A stretch of 64,000 nt of DNA, from positions 17,115 to 81,114 of the forward strand of contig JACRLW010000115.1 of assembly GCA_016235155.1 (NCBI GenBank), read 5' to 3'. The DNA comes from Planctomycetota bacterium. Lineage in GTDB: Bacteria > Planctomycetota > UBA1135 > UBA2386. Numbering within the stretch: position 1 is the stretch's first letter; every line of letters starts with the position of its first letter. A program made the position numbers and the translations under genes. The notes beneath the pieces are model-generated. The model was not told the DNA's origin. It worked only from the letters and a program-made list of their open reading frames with translations, and ran no database searches. Of the stretch, positions 29,080 through 37,920 are shown one piece after another.

Positions 29080-30096
29080 ATGCCCAAGACGGACCTTGCG
29101 ACGCTGGCGCTCGCCGATCGGTGGATGCCGAGACTTGCGGAACTCGGGGCTCGCGTGCGGGATGCGCTGCGGGCGTCGCTCGCGGGACAGGATCTCGAAC
29201 GAGGCAGCGCGGTGCTGCGGGATGGCGAGGGGGACACGATCTTCGCGATCGACGTCGACGCCGAGAGGATCCTGCTCGAACTCGCGGAACGCTGGGGTCG
29301 AAGCGACCCGTTCACGCTGGTCGCGGAGGGCATCGAGCCGGCGACCGGACTGCTGGTCGGCCGGGGTGAACCGCAGGCGCGCCTGATCGTCGATCCGATC
29401 GACGGCACGCGCGGACTGATGTTCGACAAGCGCAGCGCGTGGTGCCTCGCGGCCGTCGCCCCCGAGTCCGGCGCGGCGACGCGGCTCACGCAGGTCGCCT
29501 GCGCTCACATGACCGAATTGCCGACGACGCGACACGGCCGCGTCGACGAGTTGTGGGCGCGACGCGGCGAAGCGACGCGCGGGCGTCGCCTCGAACTCGC
29601 GAGCGGCGCCGCGCGTGAGTTCACGCCGCGACCGTCGCGCGCGACCGACCTCAGGCACGGGTTCGCGACGGTGTGCTCCTTCTTCCAGGGCGGCAAGGAA
29701 CTCACTGCGCGCATCGACGAGGACCTGATCGGCGCAGCGATCGGCGGATGGGACCATCGCAAGGCCGAGGTCTACACCGATCAGTACATCTCCTCCGGCG
29801 GCCAGCTCGCGGAGCTCGCGTTGGGCCGCGACCGCTTCGTGCTCGACATCCGTCCGTTGGTCCATCGCGCGATGGGCTACGCCGGCTCCTTGTGCAGCAA
29901 GCCGTACGACCTCTGCACCGTGCTCGTCGCGCAGCAGGCCGGTTGCATCGTGCTCGCCCCCGACGGTGCACAGCTCGACGCGCCCCTCGACACGACGACG
30001 AACCTCGCCTTCGCGGGTTACGCCAACCAGGTCCTCGCCGATCGTCTGGCGCCTCTCGTGCGAGCGACGCTCGCGCGCCACGGTTTGCTGACCTGA
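29080..30096 (+). CDS. Inositol monophosphatase / FBPase-family protein
   Basis: LIVDPIDGTRGLMFDK (DPxDGT motif). KPYDLCTVLVAQQAGC is WD..AG-like. About 338 aa. Confidence 0.75.
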   Translation: MPKTDLATLALADRWMPRLAELGARVRDALRASLAGQDLERGSAVLRDGEGDTIFAIDVDAERILLELAERWGRSDPFTLVAEGIEPATGLLVGRGEPQARLIVDPIDGTRGLMFDKRSAWCLAAVAPESGAATRLTQVACAHMTELPTTRHGRVDELWARRGEATRGRRLELASGAAREFTPRPSRATDLRHGFATVCSFFQGGKELTARIDEDLIGAAIGGWDHRKAEVYTDQYISSGGQLAELALGRDRFVLDIRPLVHRAMGYAGSLCSKPYDLCTVLVAQQAGCIVLAPDGAQLDAPLDTTTNLAFAGYANQVLADRLAPLVRATLARHGLLT

Positions 30097-30201
30097 GATG
30101 GGGTCGGTCCCGGTTCGGGACGGGTGTCGAAGAACGACTCACTCGCTCCCGGGCACCGTGCCGAACCTGACCCCGGTCCAGTCCCGAGAGAGGGTCATTC
30201 C

Positions 30202-30840
30202 ATGCGTCGCGTCGCGCTCGTGTTGTCGTCCGTCGCCGTTCTCGCCGCGTCGAGTGCCTGGTCGGCACCGTCGTGGTCCGCCGACCCCACGCCGACGGAG
30301 TTCAGGAAGCAGCTCGACGCCGCCGACCGCGCCTTCGGCGAGGGTTCGTACCTCGCCGCCGTCGAGCGCTTGCGCGACGGCATGCAGATCGCGAACCAGG
30401 CGCTCCGCATGGCTGTCGTCGAGGTGCTGCCCGTCCCGCCGGCCGGACTCGTCCCCGTCGCGATCGCCGAACCGGCTCCGTCGCACAACGATCCCATCGC
30501 GGCGACCTTCGCGACCACCGCGATCCGTCCGATCGAGCGTCGCTACGCGTCGCAGGACGGCGCGAGCACCCTGCGCACGCTCGTCGCGCCGAACGCGCCG
30601 TCGGTGTCGTTCGTGCAGCAGCAGATCCGTCAGGCCGAGAGCGACGACCGCTTCGCGGCGATCGTCGTCGGCGACGTCGCGGGCGTCCTCGTCCGCAGCG
30701 CACCGACGATCGCAGTGCGCTTCGCGGTCGCCGGCCGTCACCTGCTCGAGATCCAGGCGACGGGAATACAGGAGAGCGCGCTGCTGCGAATGGTCGACGA
30801 GCGCACGCTGCAGCGCCTCGCGGCCGCGCTCGGTCAGTGA
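30202..30840 (+). CDS. Secreted hypothetical protein
   Basis: The internal ATG at 30202 gives the signal peptide MRRVALVLSSVAVLAASSAWSA. No motif recognised. Confidence 0.55.
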   Translation: MRRVALVLSSVAVLAASSAWSAPSWSADPTPTEFRKQLDAADRAFGEGSYLAAVERLRDGMQIANQALRMAVVEVLPVPPAGLVPVAIAEPAPSHNDPIAATFATTAIRPIERRYASQDGASTLRTLVAPNAPSVSFVQQQIRQAESDDRFAAIVVGDVAGVLVRSAPTIAVRFAVAGRHLLEIQATGIQESALLRMVDERTLQRLAAALGQ

Positions 30841-31484
30841 GCCGCGCGCGCTCCGGCGTCGCGTGAGTTGCCGGGCACTTGCACCACGCGATCGTCTTCC
30901 GCGATCCACGCGCTGAGCGGGCCGCCATAGACGCATCCGCTGTCGAGCGCGACGACCCGCTCGGTCCGTTCGAGCCCGCGACGGGCCCAGTGCCCGAACA
31001 CGACGCGACGCCGCAAGCGATAGAAGTCGTCCCACGGGCGGAAGGGCGGACCCGGCGGCGGCCAATCCGACGCGGGCCGGTTGCCGTCGGCGTCGCAGTG
31101 ACGGACCGACACGGCGAAGTCGACGTCGGCGGCGCGAAGGTGCGAGAGGCGACGGTCGTCCCAGCGCGGATGGAGTCCGGCATGCACGAGCACGAGGTCG
31201 TCGAGCTCGCGGATGATCGGTTGCGATCCGAGCCAGCGCGCGAGTCCGTCGTCCTGGATGCGACCGAGTTCGAGCCAGCGCAGGTCGTGGTTGCCGAGCA
31301 CGCAGTGTGCGTCGAGCTCGCGCAGCAGGCGCAACACGCCGAGCGAATCCGGGCCACGCTCGACGAGATCGCCGGTCGCGTAGAGCCGATCGCGCGACGC
31401 GTCGAACGCCACGTCGTGCAACAGTTGCCGCAGCGGATCGAGGCAGCCCTGGACGTCGCCGACGAAGATCCGCCGGCCGCTCAC
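30834..31484 (-). CDS. apaH: ApaH-like metallophosphoesterase (bis(5'-nucleosyl)-tetraphosphatase, symmetrical-type)
   Basis: FVGDVQGCLDPLRQLL, GDLVERGPDSLGVLRLL, VLGNHDL. GTG at 31484 overlaps the M14 stop (GTGA). The track ORF extends to 31517. Confidence 0.65.
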   Translation of the reverse strand: MSGRRIFVGDVQGCLDPLRQLLHDVAFDASRDRLYATGDLVERGPDSLGVLRLLRELDAHCVLGNHDLRWLELGRIQDDGLARWLGSQPIIRELDDLVLVHAGLHPRWDDRRLSHLRAADVDFAVSVRHCDADGNRPASDWPPPGPPFRPWDDFYRLRRRVVFGHWARRGLERTERVVALDSGCVYGGPLSAWIAEDDRVVQVPGNSRDAGARAAH

Positions 31485-33271
31485 GGCCGGATCAGGATGG
31501 ACACCGGCGGAGCCCAACGCTCGACGCCGAGCGGATAACCCGTCTCGAAGGTCAGGCCTCCCGCGAAGAACGACAGGCCGACGAGATCGGGGATCGGCGG
31601 CAGATTGAGCGTCGCCGTCGCCTGCGCGCTTGCCGGCAGCACGCCGAGGTTGTCGACGAGCAACGGCGCCGGGGCGAGCGAGAACTCCATCAGGCCGTCG
31701 GCATTGAGCGGCAACACGCGACTGCCGAGCACGACGCCGGGCGAGGTCCCCGCCGACAGCGGGATCCAGTAGGTGCGACCCGCGTCGCCGGGCGCGGTGT
31801 AGGTCAAGGACACCGGCGTGCCGATGCGCTCGCTACCGGCCTTGACCAAGGTCGCGGGGACGAAGGTCGGAACGAGTTCGATCTCGACGGCTTGCGGGGA
31901 GTCGTAGCTCGTCACCGTCACGCTGCGCGTCTGCGAATCGTGACCCGGCGCGGCGAAGGTCACCTGCCAGGTTCCCAGCGGCAACCAGAGCGCGTAGCGG
32001 CCGTCGCGAGCGCGCGCGCGCGTGACTTCGCCGTAGGTGAAAGTGCTCGGCGTGTAGGTGATCGTCGCCTCGAGCGGCGCGGCGAAGCGGAGCGAACGGA
32101 CGTGGCCGCGCAACGCCGGCCGCCACGTGGTGAGGGCGCGGGAGATGCCCGGCCACACGCGGGCTTCCTCGGTGACGGTCGCGCTGAAGACCGGTTGGAA
32201 CGACGTACCGACTTCGGTGAGCAGCGAGAGCGTGCCGCTGCTCGTCCAGTGGTCCTCGGGCGCCTCACCCGACGCCGACGGCAGTCGACGCCCGTAACTC
32301 ATCGGCGTGCGCATGTCGTCGACGTAGCGATCGAGGAAGGCCGCCACGTTCGGAGTCGCGGTCGTGCACGGCGCATACGGGAAGAGCACCTCCTGGCCGT
32401 AGCTGTGGAAGTCGAGGTAGATCTCGGGACGGATCGCGATGACCAGCGCGCGCATCGTGCGCCCCTCGGGCTCGCTGCCGGCCGACGGCCCGCGGTAGGT
32501 TTCCGAGCTCGTCAGCGTCGACGCACCGCAGAGTCCCCAGTGCGTCGGGTAGTTGCGGTTGAGATCGACGCCGAAGTTGCTGCCGTTGTTGCGCCGGTTC
32601 TTTCGCCAGTTCTGGTCGACGTTCCACACGTGGTCGTTGCCGTCGGGATTCACGCACGGCACGAACCACAGCTCGTTGTCGTCGACCACGGCGCGCAACG
32701 CGGGATCGGTCGCGTAGCCGGCGAGCACACGCTGCGCCGCGCGGAGGACCATGTGCGTCGAGTTGAGCTCGCGCGCGTGATGCTGCGCCGCGAGCAGGAT
32801 CGCGGGTTCGTCCTCCTGCTGGCTCACGTTGTCCGAGACGACCAGCGCCCAGATCGACTGGTTGTTGTGCGTGCGCACCGCGCCGGGGAACGTCGTGACG
32901 TCCACGAGTCGCGCGCGGGCCGGGTGCGCGGTCACGAGCGCGTCGAGCTGCTGCACGATCTCGGCGGTGGTGTAGTAGCCGGCGTCCGGGACGTCGGGAC
33001 CGCCGGCGCTCGAGTACGGCGCACCGCGCCCGACGAGCTGCGCTTCGGGGAAGAGCCGCGTGAACGCATCGTGCTCCTCGCCCGGCAACAGATAGACGCG
33101 CACGTCGGGGTCGTTCGCGTGACCGTGCGCGAGGTCGAAGCTCCCCTCGAGCAACACGGCGCGCGCCGCGGACAACGGAACCGGGATCCGGTAGACGAAG
33201 GTCGTGCCGGGGTCTTCTTGCGCCGCCAGGAACGGCGCGAACGCGAACGCGAGCGAGAGTCGTGCAAGCAT
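31481..33271 (-). CDS. Secreted M14-family zinc carboxypeptidase with C-terminal beta-rich extension
   Basis: Signal MLARLSLAFAFAPFLAAQ. Also AAQHHARELNS (HxxE), VNPDGNDHVW...NWRKNRR, and LDFHSYGQ (third Zn ligand). Confidence 0.75.
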   Translation of the reverse strand: MLARLSLAFAFAPFLAAQEDPGTTFVYRIPVPLSAARAVLLEGSFDLAHGHANDPDVRVYLLPGEEHDAFTRLFPEAQLVGRGAPYSSAGGPDVPDAGYYTTAEIVQQLDALVTAHPARARLVDVTTFPGAVRTHNNQSIWALVVSDNVSQQEDEPAILLAAQHHARELNSTHMVLRAAQRVLAGYATDPALRAVVDDNELWFVPCVNPDGNDHVWNVDQNWRKNRRNNGSNFGVDLNRNYPTHWGLCGASTLTSSETYRGPSAGSEPEGRTMRALVIAIRPEIYLDFHSYGQEVLFPYAPCTTATPNVAAFLDRYVDDMRTPMSYGRRLPSASGEAPEDHWTSSGTLSLLTEVGTSFQPVFSATVTEEARVWPGISRALTTWRPALRGHVRSLRFAAPLEATITYTPSTFTYGEVTRARARDGRYALWLPLGTWQVTFAAPGHDSQTRSVTVTSYDSPQAVEIELVPTFVPATLVKAGSERIGTPVSLTYTAPGDAGRTYWIPLSAGTSPGVVLGSRVLPLNADGLMEFSLAPAPLLVDNLGVLPASAQATATLNLPPIPDLVGLSFFAGGLTFETGYPLGVERWAPPVSILIRP

Positions 33272-33386
33272 GATCCGTGTGGAGCGAGTCGAGTGACGGG
33301 ACTGCGGATCCGGGGCGGCGCGATCATCGGCCCCGTCGCGATTCGAGGGAAGGCGCGCACCCTGTCACGGCGCGGATCGTCGCGTT

Positions 33387-35081
33387 ATGACTCGCGACGA
33401 TGCGGCGGTGCGGAACGCGCGCGATGCGCGTGAACGATCCACGCGGAGGCGACTCCGCGTGAGCCTTCTTCGTGCGGCGGGCAGGGTCTCGTTCCTGACC
33501 CTCGTCTCGCGCGTGCTCGGTCTCGTGCGCGATTCGTGGACCTACCACGTCTTCGGCATGAGCTGGGTCTCGGGGGCCTTCGTCCTGGCGTGGACGGTCC
33601 CGAACCTGCTGCGCCGGCTGCTCGGCGAAGGCGCGTTGAGCGCGGCGTTCGTTCCCGCATTCGCGCGCGCGCGCACCCGCGGCGGAGACAACGCGGCGCG
33701 AAGCCTGCTCGCGAGCGTCAGCGGCGCCTTGATCGTCGGGCTCGGCAGCTTCTGCGCACTCGTCGTGCTCGCGAGCTTCTTCGTGCCGCCTTCGGCCTGG
33801 CATCTGGCACCCGGACCCGACGCGCAAGACGGCGTGACCGCGACGCAGGTCGGCGCCCTCTTCCAGGAACTGCTCGCGATCCTGTTCCCGTACGCGTTGC
33901 CGGTCTGCCTGCTCGCGATCTGGTCCGGTGCGCTGAACTCGCTCGGCAGCTTCGGCCCCGGCGCCGCCGCGCCGATCGTGCTCAACCTGTTCTGGCTCGC
34001 CGCGCTCGCGCTCGTCCACGCGCGCGGCGGCGACGACCCGACGGGCTCCATGCGCATCGTCGCGTGGTTCCTGCTCGCCGGCGGCATCGCGCAGCTCGTG
34101 CTCGCCGCGATCCCCTTGCTCCGCCGCGGCTTCCTCGTGCGGCCGCGGCTGCCGCAAGCCGGCGACGCCGCGCGCGGCGTCTTCGTCGCGATGCTGCCGA
34201 CGGCGCTCGGGATGTCCGTCGTCCAACTCAGCGTGTTGCTCGACCAGACCATCGCGGCGGTGCTGATCGGCGCCGAGGCGATCAACCACGTCTATCTCGC
34301 CAACCGGCTGCTGCTCTTCCCCCACGCGCTCGTCGCGCTGCCGCTCGCGACCGTGGTGTTCCCGCGCCTCGCCGAGCACGCGTCGCGCGACGACGGCACC
34401 GCCCTTCGCAAGTCGCTCGATCAGGCACTCTCGATCACGCTGATGCTCGCGGTCCCCGCCGCCGTCGGCCTCGCGATGATCGCCGACGAACTCCTGCTGG
34501 TCGCGTTCCAGCACGGCCACTACTCGGCGGAGGACGTTCCGACGACGCGATGGACGACCGTGATGCTCGTCGCGGGTCTGCCCGCGATCGGCAGTGCGCA
34601 GCTCCAGGCGCGTGCCCTGTACGCGCTCGGCGACACGCGAACGCCGGCTCTCGTCTCGGCGTGGTTGGTCGTCGCGAACGTCGTCCTCAGCCTCCTGCTC
34701 GTCGGCGTCTGCGGATTCGGCGTTCCGGGACTCACCGCGGCGACCAGCGCCTGCGCCTTCGCCAATGCGTTGATCCTGCGCCGCGCCGTCGCGAAGCGCA
34801 TCGGCCGCTCGGCGGTGGAGGCCGGATCGATCGGGCGCACGCTGGTCGCGTCGGCGGTGATGGCCGGGGTGATCCTGGTCGTCGAGCGATTCGTGCCTGC
34901 CGGCGGCTCGCGCCTGGCGCACGCCGCGTTCGGCCTCGCGCTACCGATCGGGGCCGGCATCGGCACCTGGTTTCTCGCGCTCCACCTGCTGCGCAGCCCC
35001 GAACTCGGAGCACTGCGCCGGCGCGTCACCGGACGCCTCACTCCACCCGCTCGAACTCCAGCCAATCGCTCGGACCCTTGA
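33387..35081 (+). CDS. murJ: Lipid II flippase MurJ (MviN)
   Basis: SFLTLVSRVLGLVRDSWTYHVFGMSWVSGAFVLAWTVPNLLRRLLGEGALSAAFVPAF is the canonical MurJ N-terminus. About 14 hydrophobic segments. Confidence 0.85.
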   Translation: MTRDDAAVRNARDARERSTRRRLRVSLLRAAGRVSFLTLVSRVLGLVRDSWTYHVFGMSWVSGAFVLAWTVPNLLRRLLGEGALSAAFVPAFARARTRGGDNAARSLLASVSGALIVGLGSFCALVVLASFFVPPSAWHLAPGPDAQDGVTATQVGALFQELLAILFPYALPVCLLAIWSGALNSLGSFGPGAAAPIVLNLFWLAALALVHARGGDDPTGSMRIVAWFLLAGGIAQLVLAAIPLLRRGFLVRPRLPQAGDAARGVFVAMLPTALGMSVVQLSVLLDQTIAAVLIGAEAINHVYLANRLLLFPHALVALPLATVVFPRLAEHASRDDGTALRKSLDQALSITLMLAVPAAVGLAMIADELLLVAFQHGHYSAEDVPTTRWTTVMLVAGLPAIGSAQLQARALYALGDTRTPALVSAWLVVANVVLSLLLVGVCGFGVPGLTAATSACAFANALILRRAVAKRIGRSAVEAGSIGRTLVASAVMAGVILVVERFVPAGGSRLAHAAFGLALPIGAGIGTWFLALHLLRSPELGALRRRVTGRLTPPARTPANRSDP

Positions 35082-35562
35082 GGATGCGGAGCCGTCCGCC
35101 GGCGAACTGCAGACCGCGACGCTCGACGAAGCCCACCGGTTCGAGGTGGAGCTTGCGATCGCCGTAGTTGTCGAAGCCGACCAGCGACGAAGTCACGAGC
35201 ACGCCTTCCTCGATCCGATAGCTGCGCGCGCCGGACTGGAACAGCGGTGCTTGTCCGTCGGGCGCCGCCTCGATCACCTGCAAGGAGAGATGAGCGCGTC
35301 CCGCGGCGAGGAACGCGCGGAAGCCCTCGTGGCGGACGTGACCGCCGGCCGACCACGCGGTCGCTCGCCAGAAGCCTTCGATCGGACTCTCCGCCAGCCA
35401 CGCGCGGCCGAGATCACGCCGATCGATCGGGACGTTCGCAGGTTCGGGTACCGGCGGCAGCGGCTCCTTCCCCACCGGCGGCGACGGCAGGCGCACAGGG
35501 TCCTGAACCTGCGGGAAGGCGAACAGGGCGACGGCGACGAGCGCGGCGAGGAGCGGGCGCAT
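35038..35562 (-). CDS. Secreted hypothetical protein
   Basis: Signal peptide MRPLLAALVAVALFAF. Convergent 44-nt overlap with the murJ end. Confidence 0.5.
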   Translation of the reverse strand: MRPLLAALVAVALFAFPQVQDPVRLPSPPVGKEPLPPVPEPANVPIDRRDLGRAWLAESPIEGFWRATAWSAGGHVRHEGFRAFLAAGRAHLSLQVIEAAPDGQAPLFQSGARSYRIEEGVLVTSSLVGFDNYGDRKLHLEPVGFVERRGLQFAGGRLRILKGPSDWLEFERVE

Positions 35563-35614
35563 GCGGACAGGCTACGGCTCGACGCGCCCCGGCGAGCCGG
35601 CTAGATCCACCGCG

Positions 35615-36634
35615 ATGACTACGCCCCGCTTCGTCGCGGTCCTGATGTCGGCGCTGCCCGCGATCGCGTCGGCTCAAACGGACGCGACGCTCCACCTGCC
35701 CGCGGGCGACGGTCCCGCATCCGGCAAGCGCGTGGTCCTGATCGCGGGCGACGAGGAGTACCGCTCCGAAGAAGCGCTGCCGATGCTCGCGCGCGTCCTC
35801 GCAGTCCATCACGGCTTCGACTGCCGCGTGCTCTTCCACCTCGACGCCGCGAGCGGGGCGATCGAACCGCGCGAGCGCGCGCACGTCGTCGGGCTCGAGC
35901 ATCTCGACGACGCGGAGCTCGTCGTGATGGCGCTCCGCTTCCGGCGCTGGGCCGACGAGGACATGGCCCGCTTCGTCGCCTACGTCGAGGCCGGCCGTCC
36001 GATCGTGGCGTTGCGCACGAGCACGCACGCGTTCGCGTACCCACGCGACGACGACAGCCGCTTCGGCGACTGGTCTTGGGATCGCAGCGGTGGCTTCGGC
36101 AGGCGCGTGCTCGGCGAGACCTGGGTTGCGCACCACGGCGAGCACGGCGTGCAGGGCACGCGCGGCGTGATCGAACCGGACGCCGCCGCGCATCCGATCC
36201 TCCGCGGCGTGCGCGACGTCTTCGGCCCGACCGACGTCTACGCGATCGGTGCGCTGCCCGTCGATGCGACGGTGCTGCTGCGCGGCGCGATCGTCGCCGG
36301 GCTCACGCCGGACGCGGCGGCGATCGACGAACTGGACGGCGCGCCGCGGATGCCGCTGGTCTGGACCCGCGCGCGGCGGATCGAGGGCGATCGCGTGCAG
36401 CGCGTCGTGTGCTCGACGATCGGCTCCGCCGACGACTTCGCCTGCGAAGACCTGCGCCGGCTCGTGGTGAACGCGTGCTACTGGGCCGCGGGTCTCGAGC
36501 ACGCGATCCCCGAGCGCACGCGCGTCGATCCGGTCGGCGGCTATGCGCCGTCGCCGTACGGATTCGGCGGCCACGTCGCGGGCATCACGCCTGCGATGCT
36601 CGCGATCCCACCGGTACCTCCTCGCTCGCGCTGA
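35615..36634 (+). CDS. Secreted ThuA-like / class I glutamine-amidotransferase-like protein
   Basis: ATG 35615 gives the signal MTTPRFVAVLMSALPAIASA. KRVVLIAGDEEYRSEEALPMLARVL and VALRTSTHAF resemble planctomycete ThuA-domain proteins as I remember them. Confidence 0.45.
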   Translation: MTTPRFVAVLMSALPAIASAQTDATLHLPAGDGPASGKRVVLIAGDEEYRSEEALPMLARVLAVHHGFDCRVLFHLDAASGAIEPRERAHVVGLEHLDDAELVVMALRFRRWADEDMARFVAYVEAGRPIVALRTSTHAFAYPRDDDSRFGDWSWDRSGGFGRRVLGETWVAHHGEHGVQGTRGVIEPDAAAHPILRGVRDVFGPTDVYAIGALPVDATVLLRGAIVAGLTPDAAAIDELDGAPRMPLVWTRARRIEGDRVQRVVCSTIGSADDFACEDLRRLVVNACYWAAGLEHAIPERTRVDPVGGYAPSPYGFGGHVAGITPAMLAIPPVPPRSR

Positions 36635-36661
36635 CAGCGAACCCGCGACCCGCACACGACC

Positions 36662-37864
36662 ATGCTCACCGTCACCCGCGACCTCGTCCTCCCCTGCACC
36701 GTCACCGGCTCGTGGCCGCGCCCGCGCTGGTTCGACGTCAGCATGTGGGGGCGCCCGCTCGACACCTGCATGCTCGACGTGCGCTTCCGCGAGAAGTACC
36801 TCGACGCGCTCGCGACGCTGGCGAGCGACGAACAGCGTGCCGGCCTCGACATCCTCACGCACGGGGACTTCCACTGTGACGACGACTTCGCGGGTCGCTC
36901 CTGGCATCACTACCCGCTGCAGCGCTGGGCCGGTTTCGAGGGCGACCATCTCCAGTCGGAGGAGACCCGCTCGCCGTGGCTGCGCTACCCGCCCGGCACT
37001 CTGCTCAACGAGATCTACACCGGCTGGCGCTGGCCGCGCGTCGTCGGACCGATCGAACACCGTTCGCTCGACTACGCGAAGATCTGGCGGCTCGCGCAGT
37101 CGAAGACGGACAAGCCGGTGCGCTTCGGGACCTGCTGCTCGCAGGTGATGGGCCTGTTCCTCGACGTGCACACGCCGCACTACCGCGATCACCGGCAGGT
37201 GATCTGGGACATGGCCGTCGCGATGAACACGGAGCTCAAGGCGCTGCGCGACGCCGGCTGTCGCTGCATCCAGATCGAAGAGCCGACCCTGCACTTCTGG
37301 GCGAACACGTACGGCAAAAAGAGCGACGAGGTGAAGTTCATGGTCGACGCCTACAACAAGGAGGTCGAAGGGCTCGACGACGTCGAGATCTGGATCCACA
37401 CCTGCTGGGGCAATCCCAACATGCAGCGCGTGATCGAGAACGACAGCTACCGCGAATCCTTCGAGCTCTACCTCCATGCCTTGAAGGGCGACGTGTGGAC
37501 GGTCGAGATGACCGACCGCAACTTCCGGGAGATCGAGCTGTTCGGGTCGTTGCGGGGCCGCCTGCCGAAGAAGGTCTGCGTCGGCGTCGTCAGCCATCGC
37601 TCGTTGCAGGTCGATCGGCCCGAGGACGTCGCCACGCGGATCAAGAAGTCGCTCGAGCACATCGCGCCCGAACAACTGATCGTGTCGAGCGACTGCGGCT
37701 TCGGTCGTCAGGGCTGCAACCGCGAGATCGCCTTCTTCAAGGCCACTGCGATCGCGCAGGGCACGAACCTCGTCCGTCGGGAGCTCGGCCTGCCGGTCAC
37801 TCCGGTTCCCGCGGCGGATCCCTGTCTGCAGACGGACATCGTGCAAAAGACCGCACGCCGCTGA
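36662..37864 (+). CDS. Cobalamin-independent methionine synthase (MetE C-terminal / URO-D_CIMS-like) family protein
   Basis: DILTHGDFH, CIQIEEPTLHFW, IWIHTCWGNP and SSDCGFGRQG match the Zn-binding and substrate motifs of the CIMS family. Confidence 0.6.
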   Translation: MLTVTRDLVLPCTVTGSWPRPRWFDVSMWGRPLDTCMLDVRFREKYLDALATLASDEQRAGLDILTHGDFHCDDDFAGRSWHHYPLQRWAGFEGDHLQSEETRSPWLRYPPGTLLNEIYTGWRWPRVVGPIEHRSLDYAKIWRLAQSKTDKPVRFGTCCSQVMGLFLDVHTPHYRDHRQVIWDMAVAMNTELKALRDAGCRCIQIEEPTLHFWANTYGKKSDEVKFMVDAYNKEVEGLDDVEIWIHTCWGNPNMQRVIENDSYRESFELYLHALKGDVWTVEMTDRNFREIELFGSLRGRLPKKVCVGVVSHRSLQVDRPEDVATRIKKSLEHIAPEQLIVSSDCGFGRQGCNREIAFFKATAIAQGTNLVRRELGLPVTPVPAADPCLQTDIVQKTARR

Positions 37865-37920
37865 TCGGCAACCCGGGCCGCGCTTGACCGCGCGCGCAAC
37901 TGCTTCGATCGTGCGACGCC

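Noticed and set aside
33324-34922. 532-aa minus-strand ORF and 543-aa plus out-of-frame ORF over murJ
   Set aside because: The murJ frame has the canonical N-terminal signature and hydrophobic segments. The alternative frames are Arg-rich artefacts.
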